DNA of 64,000 bases from positions 1 to 64,000 of the forward strand of contig CAWIIV010000024.1 of the NCBI GenBank assembly GCA_963836205.1. Direction: 5' to 3'. Both the position numbers and the translations under genes were made by a program. This document shows, piece by piece, positions 41,148 through 53,867 of the stretch (position 1 is the stretch's first letter; the number at the start of each line of letters is the position of its first letter). Origin of the DNA: an uncultured Acidimicrobiia bacterium. Lineage in GTDB: Bacteria; Actinomycetota; Acidimicrobiia; Acidimicrobiales; AC-14. The notes beneath the pieces are model-generated. The model had not been told where the DNA came from and did no database searches. It saw nothing but the letters and a program-made list of their open reading frames with translations.

Positions 41148-41152
41148 TGCCG

Positions 41153-42004
41153 TCACCTTTGCACGCCGGGCCAGTCGGCCAGCGACCTCCCGGAGAGACG
41201 CTCGTAGGCGGCCACGTAACGGGCGGACGTGGTGGCGACCACCTCCGGGGGGAGCGTCGGCGGCGGCGGGTTCTTGTCCCAACCGGTGGCCTCCAGCCAG
41301 TCGCGCACCGGCTGTTTGTCGAACGACGGGGGGATGGTGCCGGGCTTCCAGTCGGCCGCCTCCCAGAACCGGGACGAGTCGGGTGTGAGGACCTCGTCGC
41401 AGATCGAAAGCTTCCCGTCGATCCAGCCCAGCTCGAACTTGGTGTCGGCGATCACGATCCCGGTGGCCGCGGCGTCGTCGGCGGCCCGGGAGTAGGCGGC
41501 CAGGCTGATGGCGGCGGCCTCGTCCGCCGTCCGCTTGCCGACGATCACGACCGCCTGCTCCACCGAGATGTTCTCGTCGTGGAGACCGACGTCGGCCTTG
41601 GTCGACGGGGTGAAGACGGGCTCGGGCAGGCGGTCGCTCTGTTGCAGGCCGGAGAGCATGGGCTGGCCGTGGACGGTGCCGAAGCGCTGGTACTCCTTCC
41701 ACGCCGAGCCGGACAGGTAGCCCCGGACGATGCACTCGATGGGGAGCATCTTGGCCCGTTTCACGAGCATGGCCCGACCCGCGTGCTCGCCCTCGTCCTC
41801 GATGCGCACGAGGTGGCTGGGAGCGATGTCGGCCAGCCGGTCGAGCCAGAAGGCGGTGAGGGCGGTGAGTACCCGTCCCTTGTCGGGGATGGGCTCGTCG
41901 AGGACCACGTCGAAGGCGGAGATGCGGTCGGACGTGACCATGAGCAGGAGGTCGTCGCCCGCGTCGTAGACGTCGCGGACCTTGCCCGAGTGGACGAGGT
42001 TCAT
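41153..42004 (-). CDS. purC: SAICAR synthetase
   Basis: SGKVRD.Y, SDRISAFD, E.IVRGY..GS, FTPSTKA..G.HDENI, ADTKFE.G, DEVLTPDSSRFW, DKQ..RDW. Confidence 0.97.
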   Translation of the reverse strand: MNLVHSGKVRDVYDAGDDLLLMVTSDRISAFDVVLDEPIPDKGRVLTALTAFWLDRLADIAPSHLVRIEDEGEHAGRAMLVKRAKMLPIECIVRGYLSGSAWKEYQRFGTVHGQPMLSGLQQSDRLPEPVFTPSTKADVGLHDENISVEQAVVIVGKRTADEAAAISLAAYSRAADDAAATGIVIADTKFELGWIDGKLSICDEVLTPDSSRFWEAADWKPGTIPPSFDKQPVRDWLEATGWDKNPPPPTLPPEVVATTSARYVAAYERLSGRSLADWPGVQR

Positions 42005-43308
42005 GCGTCGATTGCCTCCAGGGCGTCGAAGATGGGGCCGGTGCCGGCCAGGGCCCGTTCGAGGCTGAACGCCTCGTCGAGCTGGGCTTTGGTCAGGTCG
42101 ACCCGGGGGTCGGACTCGAGGACCTTGCGGAACGGTTGGCGCTGGGTGTGGGCGGTGCGGGCGGTGTCCTGGACGGTGCGGTAGGCGTCGTCGCGGGTGA
42201 GGCCGGACGCCACCAGGGCGAGAAGGACGGGCTGGCTGAACACCAGTCCGTAGGACGCGTCGAGGTTCTCGATCATCCGGTCGGCGTTGACGCTGAGGCC
42301 GTCGATCACCCTCGCCATGCGCACGAGGAGGTAGTGGGCGAGGAGGGACGAGTCGGGGAGGATGACCCGCTCCACGCTGGAGTGGGAGATGTCACGTTCG
42401 TGCCACAGGGCGACGTCCTCCAGGCCCGCGCCCAGGTTCCCCCGGAGGACGCGGGCCAGACCGGCCAGGCGCTCGCAGGTGATGGGGTTGCGCTTGTGGG
42501 GCATGGCCGAGCTGCCCTTCTGCCCGGCCCGGAAGGGCTCGGCCGCCTCGCCCACCTCGGTGCGCTGGAGGTGGCGGATCTCGGTGGCCATCATCTCGAT
42601 CGACGCCCCGACCGCGGCGCACGCGTAGAGGTACTCGGCGTGGCGGTCGCGGGGGACGACCTGGGTGGCGGGGACGGGCGTGAGGCCGAGGGCGGCGCAG
42701 ACCTGGGCCTCCACCCGGGGGTCGATGTTGGAGTAGGTGCCGACCGCGCCGGAGAGCTTGCCCACCGCGATGGCGTGGCGGGCTCGCCGGAGGCGGTCGC
42801 GGTCGCGGTCGGCCTGGAGGGCCCAATGGGCGAGCTTGACGCCGAAGGTGGTGGGCTCGGCGTGCATCCCGTGGGTACGTCCGGCCATGGGGGTGTGGCG
42901 GAACTCCTCGGCCCTCGTCTTGAGAACGGCGATGAGCGTGGTCGAGGCCTGGACGAGGAGGTCGGCGGCCTGGGTGAGGGTGGCGCAGAGTGCGGTGTCG
43001 ACCACGTCGCTCGACGTGAGGCCGTAGTGGACCCAATTGCCGGCGGGGGGGCCGATCGCGTCCTGGACGACGTCGACGAAGGCGGCCAGGTCGTGGTCGG
43101 TGACGGCCTCCCGCTCGTCGACCGCATGGACGAAGGCGTGGTCGACGTGGGGGGCGCGCTCGCGGACGGCCTTGGCGTCGTCCTCGGGGACCACGCCGAT
43201 GGTGGCCCACGCCTCGGTGGCCAGGATCTCGACGTCGAGCCACAGGCCGAAGCGGGCCTCGTCGGAGAAGAGGGCCGCCATCTCGGGGAGGGAGTAGCGG
43301 GGGATCAT
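42001..43308 (-). CDS. purB: Adenylosuccinate lyase
   Basis: [62 protein letters not shown]. Confidence 0.97.
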   Translation of the reverse strand: MIPRYSLPEMAALFSDEARFGLWLDVEILATEAWATIGVVPEDDAKAVRERAPHVDHAFVHAVDEREAVTDHDLAAFVDVVQDAIGPPAGNWVHYGLTSSDVVDTALCATLTQAADLLVQASTTLIAVLKTRAEEFRHTPMAGRTHGMHAEPTTFGVKLAHWALQADRDRDRLRRARHAIAVGKLSGAVGTYSNIDPRVEAQVCAALGLTPVPATQVVPRDRHAEYLYACAAVGASIEMMATEIRHLQRTEVGEAAEPFRAGQKGSSAMPHKRNPITCERLAGLARVLRGNLGAGLEDVALWHERDISHSSVERVILPDSSLLAHYLLVRMARVIDGLSVNADRMIENLDASYGLVFSQPVLLALVASGLTRDDAYRTVQDTARTAHTQRQPFRKVLESDPRVDLTKAQLDEAFSLERALAGTGPIFDALEAIDA

Positions 43309-43748
43309 CGGTCGGGCCGGCGCCGGGCGTCGAGCTGGCGGGCGAGGTCGGCGTCGGTGATGGCGAGCATCTGGACGACGAGGAGGGCGGCGTTCATGGC
43401 CCCGTCGATGGCCACGGTGGCTACGGGGACGCCCCGGGGCATCTGGACGGTCGCGTACAGGGCGTCGACCCCGTTGAGGGCGCCGCCGCTGAGGGGGACG
43501 CCCACCACGGGGAGGGTGGTGTTGGCCGCCACCGCGCCGGCCAGGTGGGCCGCCATCCCCGCCCCGCAGATGAAGGCGACGTACCCCGCGTCCCGGGCGC
43601 CGCGGGCGAGGGCGGCGACGTCGTCGGGCGTGCGATGGGCCGAGAGGACCCTCTCGTCGACCTCGATGCCGAACTCGGCCAAGGTCGCGGCCGCCGGCGC
43701 CATCTTCCCCTTGTCCGACTCCGACCCCATCAGCACCGCGACCTTCAC
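43305..43748 (-). CDS. purE: N5-CAIR mutase / AIR carboxylase catalytic subunit
   Basis: MGS.SD, SAHRTP, AG.AAHL.G, PV.GVP, G.DAL...VQMP.G.PVATV. Confidence 0.96.
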   Translation of the reverse strand: MKVAVLMGSESDKGKMAPAAATLAEFGIEVDERVLSAHRTPDDVAALARGARDAGYVAFICGAGMAAHLAGAVAANTTLPVVGVPLSGGALNGVDALYATVQMPRGVPVATVAIDGAMNAALLVVQMLAITDADLARQLDARRRPDR

Positions 43749-43850
43749 CGGCCGTCCCCCTTGTCGCATCGCCCTGTCGATCGATCACGCGTGGTTCCTG
43801 GGAGGCCCCATCTGGGCCACGTTGTCCGAGTCGCCACCGCCGCCTCCCCC

Positions 43851-44196
43851 GACCGATCGCCACGAGTGCCCCGTCCACGGGGGTGTTCGCGCCAATCGCT
43901 CCCGGTCGCCGGCACGCCCGCCGAGCGATCGCCACGAGTGCCCCGTCCACGGGGGTGTTCGCGCCAATCGCTCTGGGCTGGCCTCGCCGGCTCGCCGGGG
44001 GGGCGGATGCCACTCGGGGTCGCCTGGGGGACCCGCCCTTGGCACTTGGTCGGCTGCCCGGATTCGCCGGAGGAGCGGATGCCGTTTGGGGTCCCGCGGA
44101 GGGTCCACTGGTGCCACCTGCTCCCGACTCCCGGCGTCGGCGGGCGAGCGGATGCCACTTGTGGTCCCATCAGCGGACCACGACTGCCATTTGCTC
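43851..44196. repeat. Array of five 51-bp imperfect palindromes between purD and purE, period 72-78 bp
   Basis: Units start at 43851, 43923 (near-identical pair), 44001, 44073 and 44146. Ends GAGCG...GCTC, with GCCA at unit positions 9-12 and 41-44. The last unit overlaps the purD stop. A possible degenerate sixth copy lies at 43776. Confidence 0.85.
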
Positions 44197-45406
44197 GGGA
44201 CCGGCGGGAGATCGGGCGATGTCGGTGCGGAACTGCATGCCGGGCCAGGAGATCTCGGCCACAGCGGCGTAGGCTCGGTCGCGGGCGGCGGCGATGTCGG
44301 GGCCGATGCCGGTGACGGCCAGCACCCGGCCGCCGGCGGTGGAGAAGTCGGGGCCGACCCCGGCGCAGAAGATCTCGACGTCGGGCAGGGCCGAGGCCAC
44401 CTCGAACCCCTCGATCGGATCACCCGTACGGGGGGCCGTGGGGTAGCCCTCGGCGACCAGGACCACCGTGACGGCGGCGTTGTCGACGAAGGACGGCTCC
44501 GACTCCAGGCGGCCGGCGGCGGCTTCGGCCAGCAGGGTGGCGAGGTCGCAGTCGAGGCGGGGAAGGACCACCTGGGCCTCGGGATCGCCGAAGCGGACGT
44601 TGTACTCCAGCACCTTGAACCCGTCGGCGGTGAGCATCAGTCCCGCGTACAGCACGCCCCGGTAGTCGATGCCCCGGAGGTGGAGGGCGTTCAGCGTGGG
44701 TTCCACCGCCCGCTCCACGATCTCCTCGATCAGATCCTTCCCGACGCCCGGCACGGGGGAGAAGGCGCCCATCCCGCCCGTGTTCGGCCCGGTGTCGCCG
44801 TCGCCCAGGCGCTTGTGGTCCTGGGCCGGCGCCAGCGGCACCGCTCGCCGCCCGTCGCAGAGGCACAGCAGCGAGACCTCGGCACCGACCAGCCCCTCCT
44901 CGATCACCACCCGCCGACCGGCGGCCCCGAAGGCGGCGCCCGACAGCTTGGCGGCCACGTCGGCGATGGCATCCTCCAGCGACTCGGTGACGAGGACGCC
45001 CTTGCCCGCGGCCAGGCCGTCGGTCTTGACCACGTAGGGCGGCGCCAGCGAGCGGAGGAAGACGGCTGCGGCCGACACCTCGGAGAACACCCCGTGGCGG
45101 GCCGTCGGCACCCTGCGCGTCGGCCAGGATCGACTTCATCCACGCCTTGGAGCCCTCCAGGCGGGCGCCGCCGGCCCCCGGTCCGAACACCAGCCGGCCC
45201 GATGCCCGCAGCCGGTCGGCCAACCCGTCCACCAAGGGCACCTCGGGCCCGATCACGAAAAGGTCGGCGTCGATCTCCTCGGGGGGCGTCGCCACCGACC
45301 CGGGAATGCCCGGGTTGCCGGGCGTCACGACGACCGACGCCGTCCGTCCCAGCACCGACGCCAAGGCGTGCTCCCGCCCCCCCGCTCCGACAACGCAGAC
45401 CTTCAC
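44170..45406 (-). CDS. purD: Phosphoribosylamine-glycine ligase (one frameshift near 45112)
   Basis: G.GGREHAL, PGNPG, GPE.PL..G, LEGSK; then K.DGLAAGKGV, QDHKR..DGD.GPNTGGMG, EYN.RFGDPE, GGRVL, R.DI. Confidence 0.95.
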
Positions 45407-45416
45407 CCGGAACCCG

Positions 45417-46832
<1,416 letters not shown>

Positions 46833-46908
46833 CTAGAGAAAATCCTTGCAGCGGTCCGAACAGTGTACCCCTGCTGCCGGATGGCGGTTCGTGCGATGCT
46901 CAAGAGTG

Positions 46909-48360
46909 ATGGGCCGCATCCCTATGGACGACGCCACCCTCGTGGCGAGGGCCGTTGGTGGCGACCGGGACGCGTTCGCCGCCATCTACGACCGCTACTC
47001 GGGGGCGGTGTTCGACCTGTGCACCGCCATCCTCCGCAACCACGACGAGGCGGCCGACGCCACCCTCGACAGCTTCCTGCGGGCGGCGCGGGAGCTGGTG
47101 AACCTCCAGGACCGGTCACGACTGCGGCTGTGGCTGCTGGCCGTCGCCCGCCACGAGGCCACGTCCCGGGCTGAGCGCCGGCGGGAGGAGGGCGTGCCCG
47201 ACTCCAACGGGGCGGCCGCCGACTGGGACCCGGCGGAGACACTGTCGGAAGGCGACCGGGCCGTCCTCCACCTCCACCTGCGCCACCAGCTGGAGGGTGA
47301 GGCGCTGGGCACGGTGGTCGGCGCCCGGCCGGCGGTGGCCCAGGCCAAGGCGGCCAAGCTGCGGGAGATGGCGGAGACGTCGGTTGGAGCCCGTTTGCTC
47401 ACCGGGGCCGACGGAGGCGCCGACCGGTCGCCGTGCAAGGAGTTGGCCGAGGTGCTCGACGGGTGGGACGGGCGGTTCACGCCCGCCATCGGCGTCCGGG
47501 TCAACCGCCACGCCCGGCGGTGCGAGACCTGTCAGGCGCGGCGGACGATGCTGCTGGAGCGGCTGCGGGCCATGGCCTCGCTGCCCTTCGCCGCCCCGCC
47601 GGCGTGGCTGCGGCCGGAGGTGCTGCTGCGCATGGAGCTGGCGGTGTCGTCGCGCATCCTGCCCGGCTGGGACGAGGACGGCTTCCCGCCGGGGGTGGCG
47701 GGGGCCGCGACCGCCGGGCACGTCGGGCGCAGCGGGCGCCCCGGGGTCAGCGGGAAGCGGACGGCACTGGTGGCGGCGGCGGTGCTCGTGCTGGCGGTGG
47801 CCGGGGTGTTCCTCGTCACCCGCGACTGGGGGGGTGGGTCGACGGTGAGCGCCTCGGGCGGGTCGACGTCGACCCGACCTCCGGTGACGACGACCCTTCC
47901 GACCGCCACCACCGCGGTCGCCGCGACCACGCCCACCACCCCGACCACGGCGGTGACCGCCACCACCTCGCCCCTCCCGTCGACCACGGTGGAGGCCGTG
48001 TCGCCACCGCCAACTCCCGCGCCCGGGCCGGTCCCGGTCGACCCCGACCGGGACCCGCCCGGGATCTCGTTCGGCGCCGACGCCGCCTCGGCCTACGTCT
48101 ACCCGTGCCCGTACAGCCGCACCGAGGTGACGGCCGACGTGAGCGACCGGTCGCCGGTGGTGTCGGTGGCCCTGCTCGTGCGCCGCCCGGACGGGGTGGA
48201 CGAGTCGATGGACATGCTCTTCGACGGGGCCCGGTGGCGGGCGTCCTTCGGCGACTTCGACACCGCCGGCCAGGCCTACTTCTGGGTGGAGGCGATCGAC
48301 GCCGAGGGCAACCGGTCCCAGGCCCCGTACCAGGTGCTCGACGTCGTCCCCTGCCCCTAG
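46909..48360 (+). CDS. ECF sigma factor fused to a zinc-binding anti-sigma motif, TM helix, Thr-rich linker and extracellular domain
   Basis: Sigma2 D..LV..A..GD..AF..IYDRY...A.DA....F..A...L....RLR.WL..AR; C...HARRCETC (ZAS); TM ALVAAAVLVLAVAGVFLV. Confidence 0.85.
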   Translation: MGRIPMDDATLVARAVGGDRDAFAAIYDRYSGAVFDLCTAILRNHDEAADATLDSFLRAARELVNLQDRSRLRLWLLAVARHEATSRAERRREEGVPDSNGAAADWDPAETLSEGDRAVLHLHLRHQLEGEALGTVVGARPAVAQAKAAKLREMAETSVGARLLTGADGGADRSPCKELAEVLDGWDGRFTPAIGVRVNRHARRCETCQARRTMLLERLRAMASLPFAAPPAWLRPEVLLRMELAVSSRILPGWDEDGFPPGVAGAATAGHVGRSGRPGVSGKRTALVAAAVLVLAVAGVFLVTRDWGGGSTVSASGGSTSTRPPVTTTLPTATTAVAATTPTTPTTAVTATTSPLPSTTVEAVSPPPTPAPGPVPVDPDRDPPGISFGADAASAYVYPCPYSRTEVTADVSDRSPVVSVALLVRRPDGVDESMDMLFDGARWRASFGDFDTAGQAYFWVEAIDAEGNRSQAPYQVLDVVPCP

Positions 48361-48526
48361 ATACTGCTCAAGGCCCGTCCGGATCAGGCCGACATCTGGG
48401 GTGCGGCTTCCTCGCCTAGGCCGCTCAAAGGTGGGGCCGGGCAGTGCGCACCCCCTCCCGCCGGGGGGACGCCACCCGGCTCCACCTCTTTGACATCCGC
48501 CCCGACCGGCCTGCTAGGACGGGACT

Positions 48527-49171
48527 GTGCCCGACGTCCGCCCGCCCGGCTCGCCCGCCACCCGCCTCGCCCTCGTGCGCCACGGGCAGTCGACGTGGAA
48601 CGCCGTCGGCCGGTGGCAGGGCCAGGCCAACCCCCCGCTGTCGCCGCTCGGCGAGGAGCAGGCGGCGGAGGCGGCCGAGCAGTTGCGGGACACCGGCGTG
48701 ACCGGCGTGGTCACGTCCGACCTGGTCCGGGCCCGGCGAACGGGCGAGATCGTGGTCGACGCCCTCGGCCTGGGCCCGGTGACGGTCTGCCCCGACCTGG
48801 GGGAGTACGACGTGGGCGACTGGAGCGGTCTCACCAAGCCCGAGATCGAGAAGCGGTGGCCGGGGCAGCAGGCGGAGTGGTTCGGCGGCCGGCTGCCGAC
48901 GACGCCCGGGGGCGAAGGCCGGGTGCCGTTCGACCGGCGGGTGATGGGGGCGGTCTTGCGGGTGGCGGCCGAGGCCGACCCCGGTTCGGTGCTGGTCGTC
49001 GTCACCCACGGCGGCGTGATCCGGGCCCTGGAGCGGGCCGCGGGGGCGTCACCGGTGCCCATCGCCAACCTCTCCGGCCGCTGGTTCACGGTGGACGACG
49101 GGCGCCTGCAGGCGGGCGAGCCCCTGACCCTGGTCGGTACCGGCCACCGGACGGCCTCCCCATCGGCCTGA
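48527..49171 (+). CDS. Histidine phosphatase (phosphoglycerate mutase family)
   Basis: LVRHGQS.WN...R.QG, SDL.RA..T, E...G.W.G, VVTHGG.I. Confidence 0.93.
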   Translation: MPDVRPPGSPATRLALVRHGQSTWNAVGRWQGQANPPLSPLGEEQAAEAAEQLRDTGVTGVVTSDLVRARRTGEIVVDALGLGPVTVCPDLGEYDVGDWSGLTKPEIEKRWPGQQAEWFGGRLPTTPGGEGRVPFDRRVMGAVLRVAAEADPGSVLVVVTHGGVIRALERAAGASPVPIANLSGRWFTVDDGRLQAGEPLTLVGTGHRTASPSA

Positions 49172-49183
49172 CCCCCGCCCCGC

Positions 49184-49300
49184 CGAACCGGTGACGTATT
49201 CGGTGGCCCCAGCCCCCAAAAGTGTCACCAGTTGGACGCGCCGATCGAACCGGTGACGTATTCGGTGGCCCCAGCCCCCAAAAGTGTCACCAGTTGGACG
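49184..49300. repeat. Two identical 55-bp direct repeats (48-bp palindromic core), period 62 bp
   Basis: CGAACCGGTGACGTATTCGGTGGCCCCAGCCCCCAAAAGTGTCACCAGTTGGACG at 49184-49238 and 49246-49300; arms AACCGGTGAC / GTCACCAGTT; lies between convergent genes. Confidence 0.93.
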
Positions 49301-49311
49301 GAGACGGCGGT

Positions 49312-49773
49312 TCAGTGGGCTTGTTCGACGAGGGCGGCCAGCTTGTCGAGCGATATGGTCCAGCCCAGTTCGTTGTCGGCCGGTGACACGCCCGGGGGCA
49401 GGTTCTCGTGGAGCCCGACGAGGTCGGTGCCGTTGCCGGACCCCGCGAGCGTGTAGGTGATGGTCATCTCGCCCTGCATGGCCGGGTCGTCCGTCTCGAA
49501 CTCGACCGTCTGGACGACCTCGCGGTCGGGAACGAGTCGCACGAACCGCCCGTGGAAGGAGTCGGTCTGCGGGGTCGACTTGCCGGCGGCGGTGGGCTGG
49601 TCGTAGGTCAAGGAGATCCGGAACATGCCCCCCTCACGGCCCTCGAACGAGTGGACGCGGCTCGTCATGTGGTCGGGCACCATCCATTGCCGCACCGAGT
49701 CGGGGTCGAGGAGGGCCCGGTAGACGCGGGCGGGGGGAGCGTCGATGTGGCGGGAGACACGGGTCACGCTCAC
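49312..49773 (-). CDS. SRPBCC/AHSA1-family ligand-binding protein
   Basis: R.I.APP.RVYRAL.DP....W..P, R.GG.FR, G.F..LVP, N..GW...L.KL..LVE. Confidence 0.9.
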   Translation of the reverse strand: MSVTRVSRHIDAPPARVYRALLDPDSVRQWMVPDHMTSRVHSFEGREGGMFRISLTYDQPTAAGKSTPQTDSFHGRFVRLVPDREVVQTVEFETDDPAMQGEMTITYTLAGSGNGTDLVGLHENLPPGVSPADNELGWTISLDKLAALVEQAH

Positions 49774-50080
49774 GGACCGAGACTCTAGAAGCGGCGGGCA
49801 CCTGTCGGAATGGTTTCCTTCGACGATCGCGGGGCAAGAAAACGGCGCACGGGAGCCGCAGTCGGAAGGAGCGAACGTGGGCAGGAACGAGACCGCCGCC
49901 GCCGTCGTCGCCCGAAATGGGGACGCACGGGGCCGGGACTGAACGCCGATGCCGGCTGAGCAGGGTCGACGCCCGGAGGCGCCCTCGTCAGCGGAGACCC
50001 CGAACACCCCCGAGATCTGGGTCGACTGGCAGCTGTGCCCGTCACCCCCGACCGAGCGCCCCGGAGGTCGCGCCTGACGC

Positions 50081-50809
50081 ATGGCGGGCCCCGATCCGGA
50101 GGACGACGTCGCGTGGCCGGCCACGTGTCAGCAGTGGCGGACGATGAGCTTCTTCCACTGGCCGTTCGACATCGAGCACGTTCGGCCTCTCGTCCCGCCC
50201 GATTTCGAGCTCGACACCTGGGACGGGGCGGCGTGGGTGAGCCTCACCGCCTTCCGGATGGTGGACGTCCGCCTCGGCTCCCTACCGCCTGCGGGCCGGT
50301 TGTCGACGTTCCCCGAGACCAATGTGCGCACCTATGCCCGCGGCCCCGACGGGCGGGACGGCCTGTGGTTCCTGACCCTCGAGGCCGCCAGCCTGCCCTT
50401 GGTGGTGGCCGCATCGACCCTGTACGGCGTTCCCTACCGGTGGGCGGACATGTCGGTGGAGAGCACGACCGTCGACGGCGACGAGACCATCCGTTACCGC
50501 AGCCGCCGGCGGGGCGATCCTGGTGTCGGCCACGACATCGTCGTCCGACCCGGCCGGCCGTGCCCGTCGCCGACGGCCCTCGACCACTGGCTCACCGGCA
50601 GGTGGCGGGGGTACTCCACGGTGGCCGGGCGGCGGGTGTCGACGTCGGTGCACCACGAGCCCTGGCCCCTGTGGGACGCCGAGGTCGTCCGCCTGGAGGA
50701 GTCCCTGCTGGCCGACGCCGGGCTGCCCCCGCCGGGATCACCGCCCCGGGTGCAGTACTCGCCGGGCGTCCACGCCCGGCTGAGTCCGCCCCGGTCGGTC
50801 GGTCGCTAG
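50081..50809 (+). CDS. YqjF family (DUF2071) protein
   Basis: Q.W....F.HW, LD..DG.AW.S...F, FPE.NVRTY, G.WF..L.A, YG.PY, WLT.R, H.PW.L. Confidence 0.9.
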   Translation: MAGPDPEDDVAWPATCQQWRTMSFFHWPFDIEHVRPLVPPDFELDTWDGAAWVSLTAFRMVDVRLGSLPPAGRLSTFPETNVRTYARGPDGRDGLWFLTLEAASLPLVVAASTLYGVPYRWADMSVESTTVDGDETIRYRSRRRGDPGVGHDIVVRPGRPCPSPTALDHWLTGRWRGYSTVAGRRVSTSVHHEPWPLWDAEVVRLEESLLADAGLPPPGSPPRVQYSPGVHARLSPPRSVGR

Positions 50810-50824
50810 CCCCCGCCTGGAGCC

Positions 50825-51148
50825 CTACTTCTGGCGGATGATCGTGGGCGTGTGGTCGGCCTGCTCCATGCCCTCGCGGAGGTTCTTCAGCTCGCCCAGG
50901 GCTTCCTCGAGGGCTGAGATGTCGACCTCGGTGAGGGGGGCATCGCTGGAGCCGATCTGTGGCCCGCCCGGTCCGTAGCCCTTCTGGCCCGGTCCCGACT
51001 TCTGGTTGCGGGGGTCGGGAATGCCCTCGGCGCCGGTGGCGTCGCCACTCCCTGCGGGCAGGCGGCCGGACGTCGGCCCGGCCAACACCTCAGGACGCGT
51101 CGCTGGCTCGTCGGTCCCTGGTGCATCGGTCCCTTGCTCGTCGGTCAT
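50825..51148 (-). CDS. Small acidic hypothetical protein
   Basis: RBS GAGGAGGA before ATG; disordered N-terminus and C-terminal helix DISALEEALGELKNLREGMEQ; downstream of clpB on the same strand. Confidence 0.55.
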   Translation of the reverse strand: MTDEQGTDAPGTDEPATRPEVLAGPTSGRLPAGSGDATGAEGIPDPRNQKSGPGQKGYGPGGPQIGSSDAPLTEVDISALEEALGELKNLREGMEQADHTPTIIRQK

Positions 51149-51284
51149 CGACAGTTCCTCCTCGGCAAAACTTGACCCGTCAACTATGGCCTGTTTGCAA
51201 CCTCTAACGGAACCAGCATCCCCGCCGAGCAGTTGAAGCATGTCCGGGTCGGAGAATCGGGCCGGCTCGCACCCCCGCGGGTTG

Positions 51285-53780
<2,496 letters not shown>

Positions 53781-53805
53781 GGGGCCTACCTCACGGGGAA
53801 GGAAA

Positions 53806-53826
53806 CTTGAGTGTACCCGTATCAAC
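53806..53826. promoter_or_regulatory. HAIR element (HspR operator) upstream of clpB
   Basis: CTTGAGT-N7-TATCAAC versus consensus CTTGAGT-N7-ACTCAAG, 25 bp upstream of the clpB ATG. Confidence 0.8.
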
Positions 53827-53867
53827 CCTGAGGGGAGGCCCGGGGATTCCCGGTTTCCGGCCCGAAA

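Noticed and set aside
43851-44196. CRISPR or TIGR-type guide array
   Set aside because: The variable parts are self-complementary interiors, not unique spacers. There is no Cas or Nop-domain gene in the window, and unit size does not fit.
44170-45406. purD and the other split genes as pseudogenes or programmed frameshifts
   Set aside because: About a dozen single-base indels, mostly in G/C runs, hit unrelated genes including a core purine enzyme while all motifs stay intact. Sequencing error is the simplest explanation.
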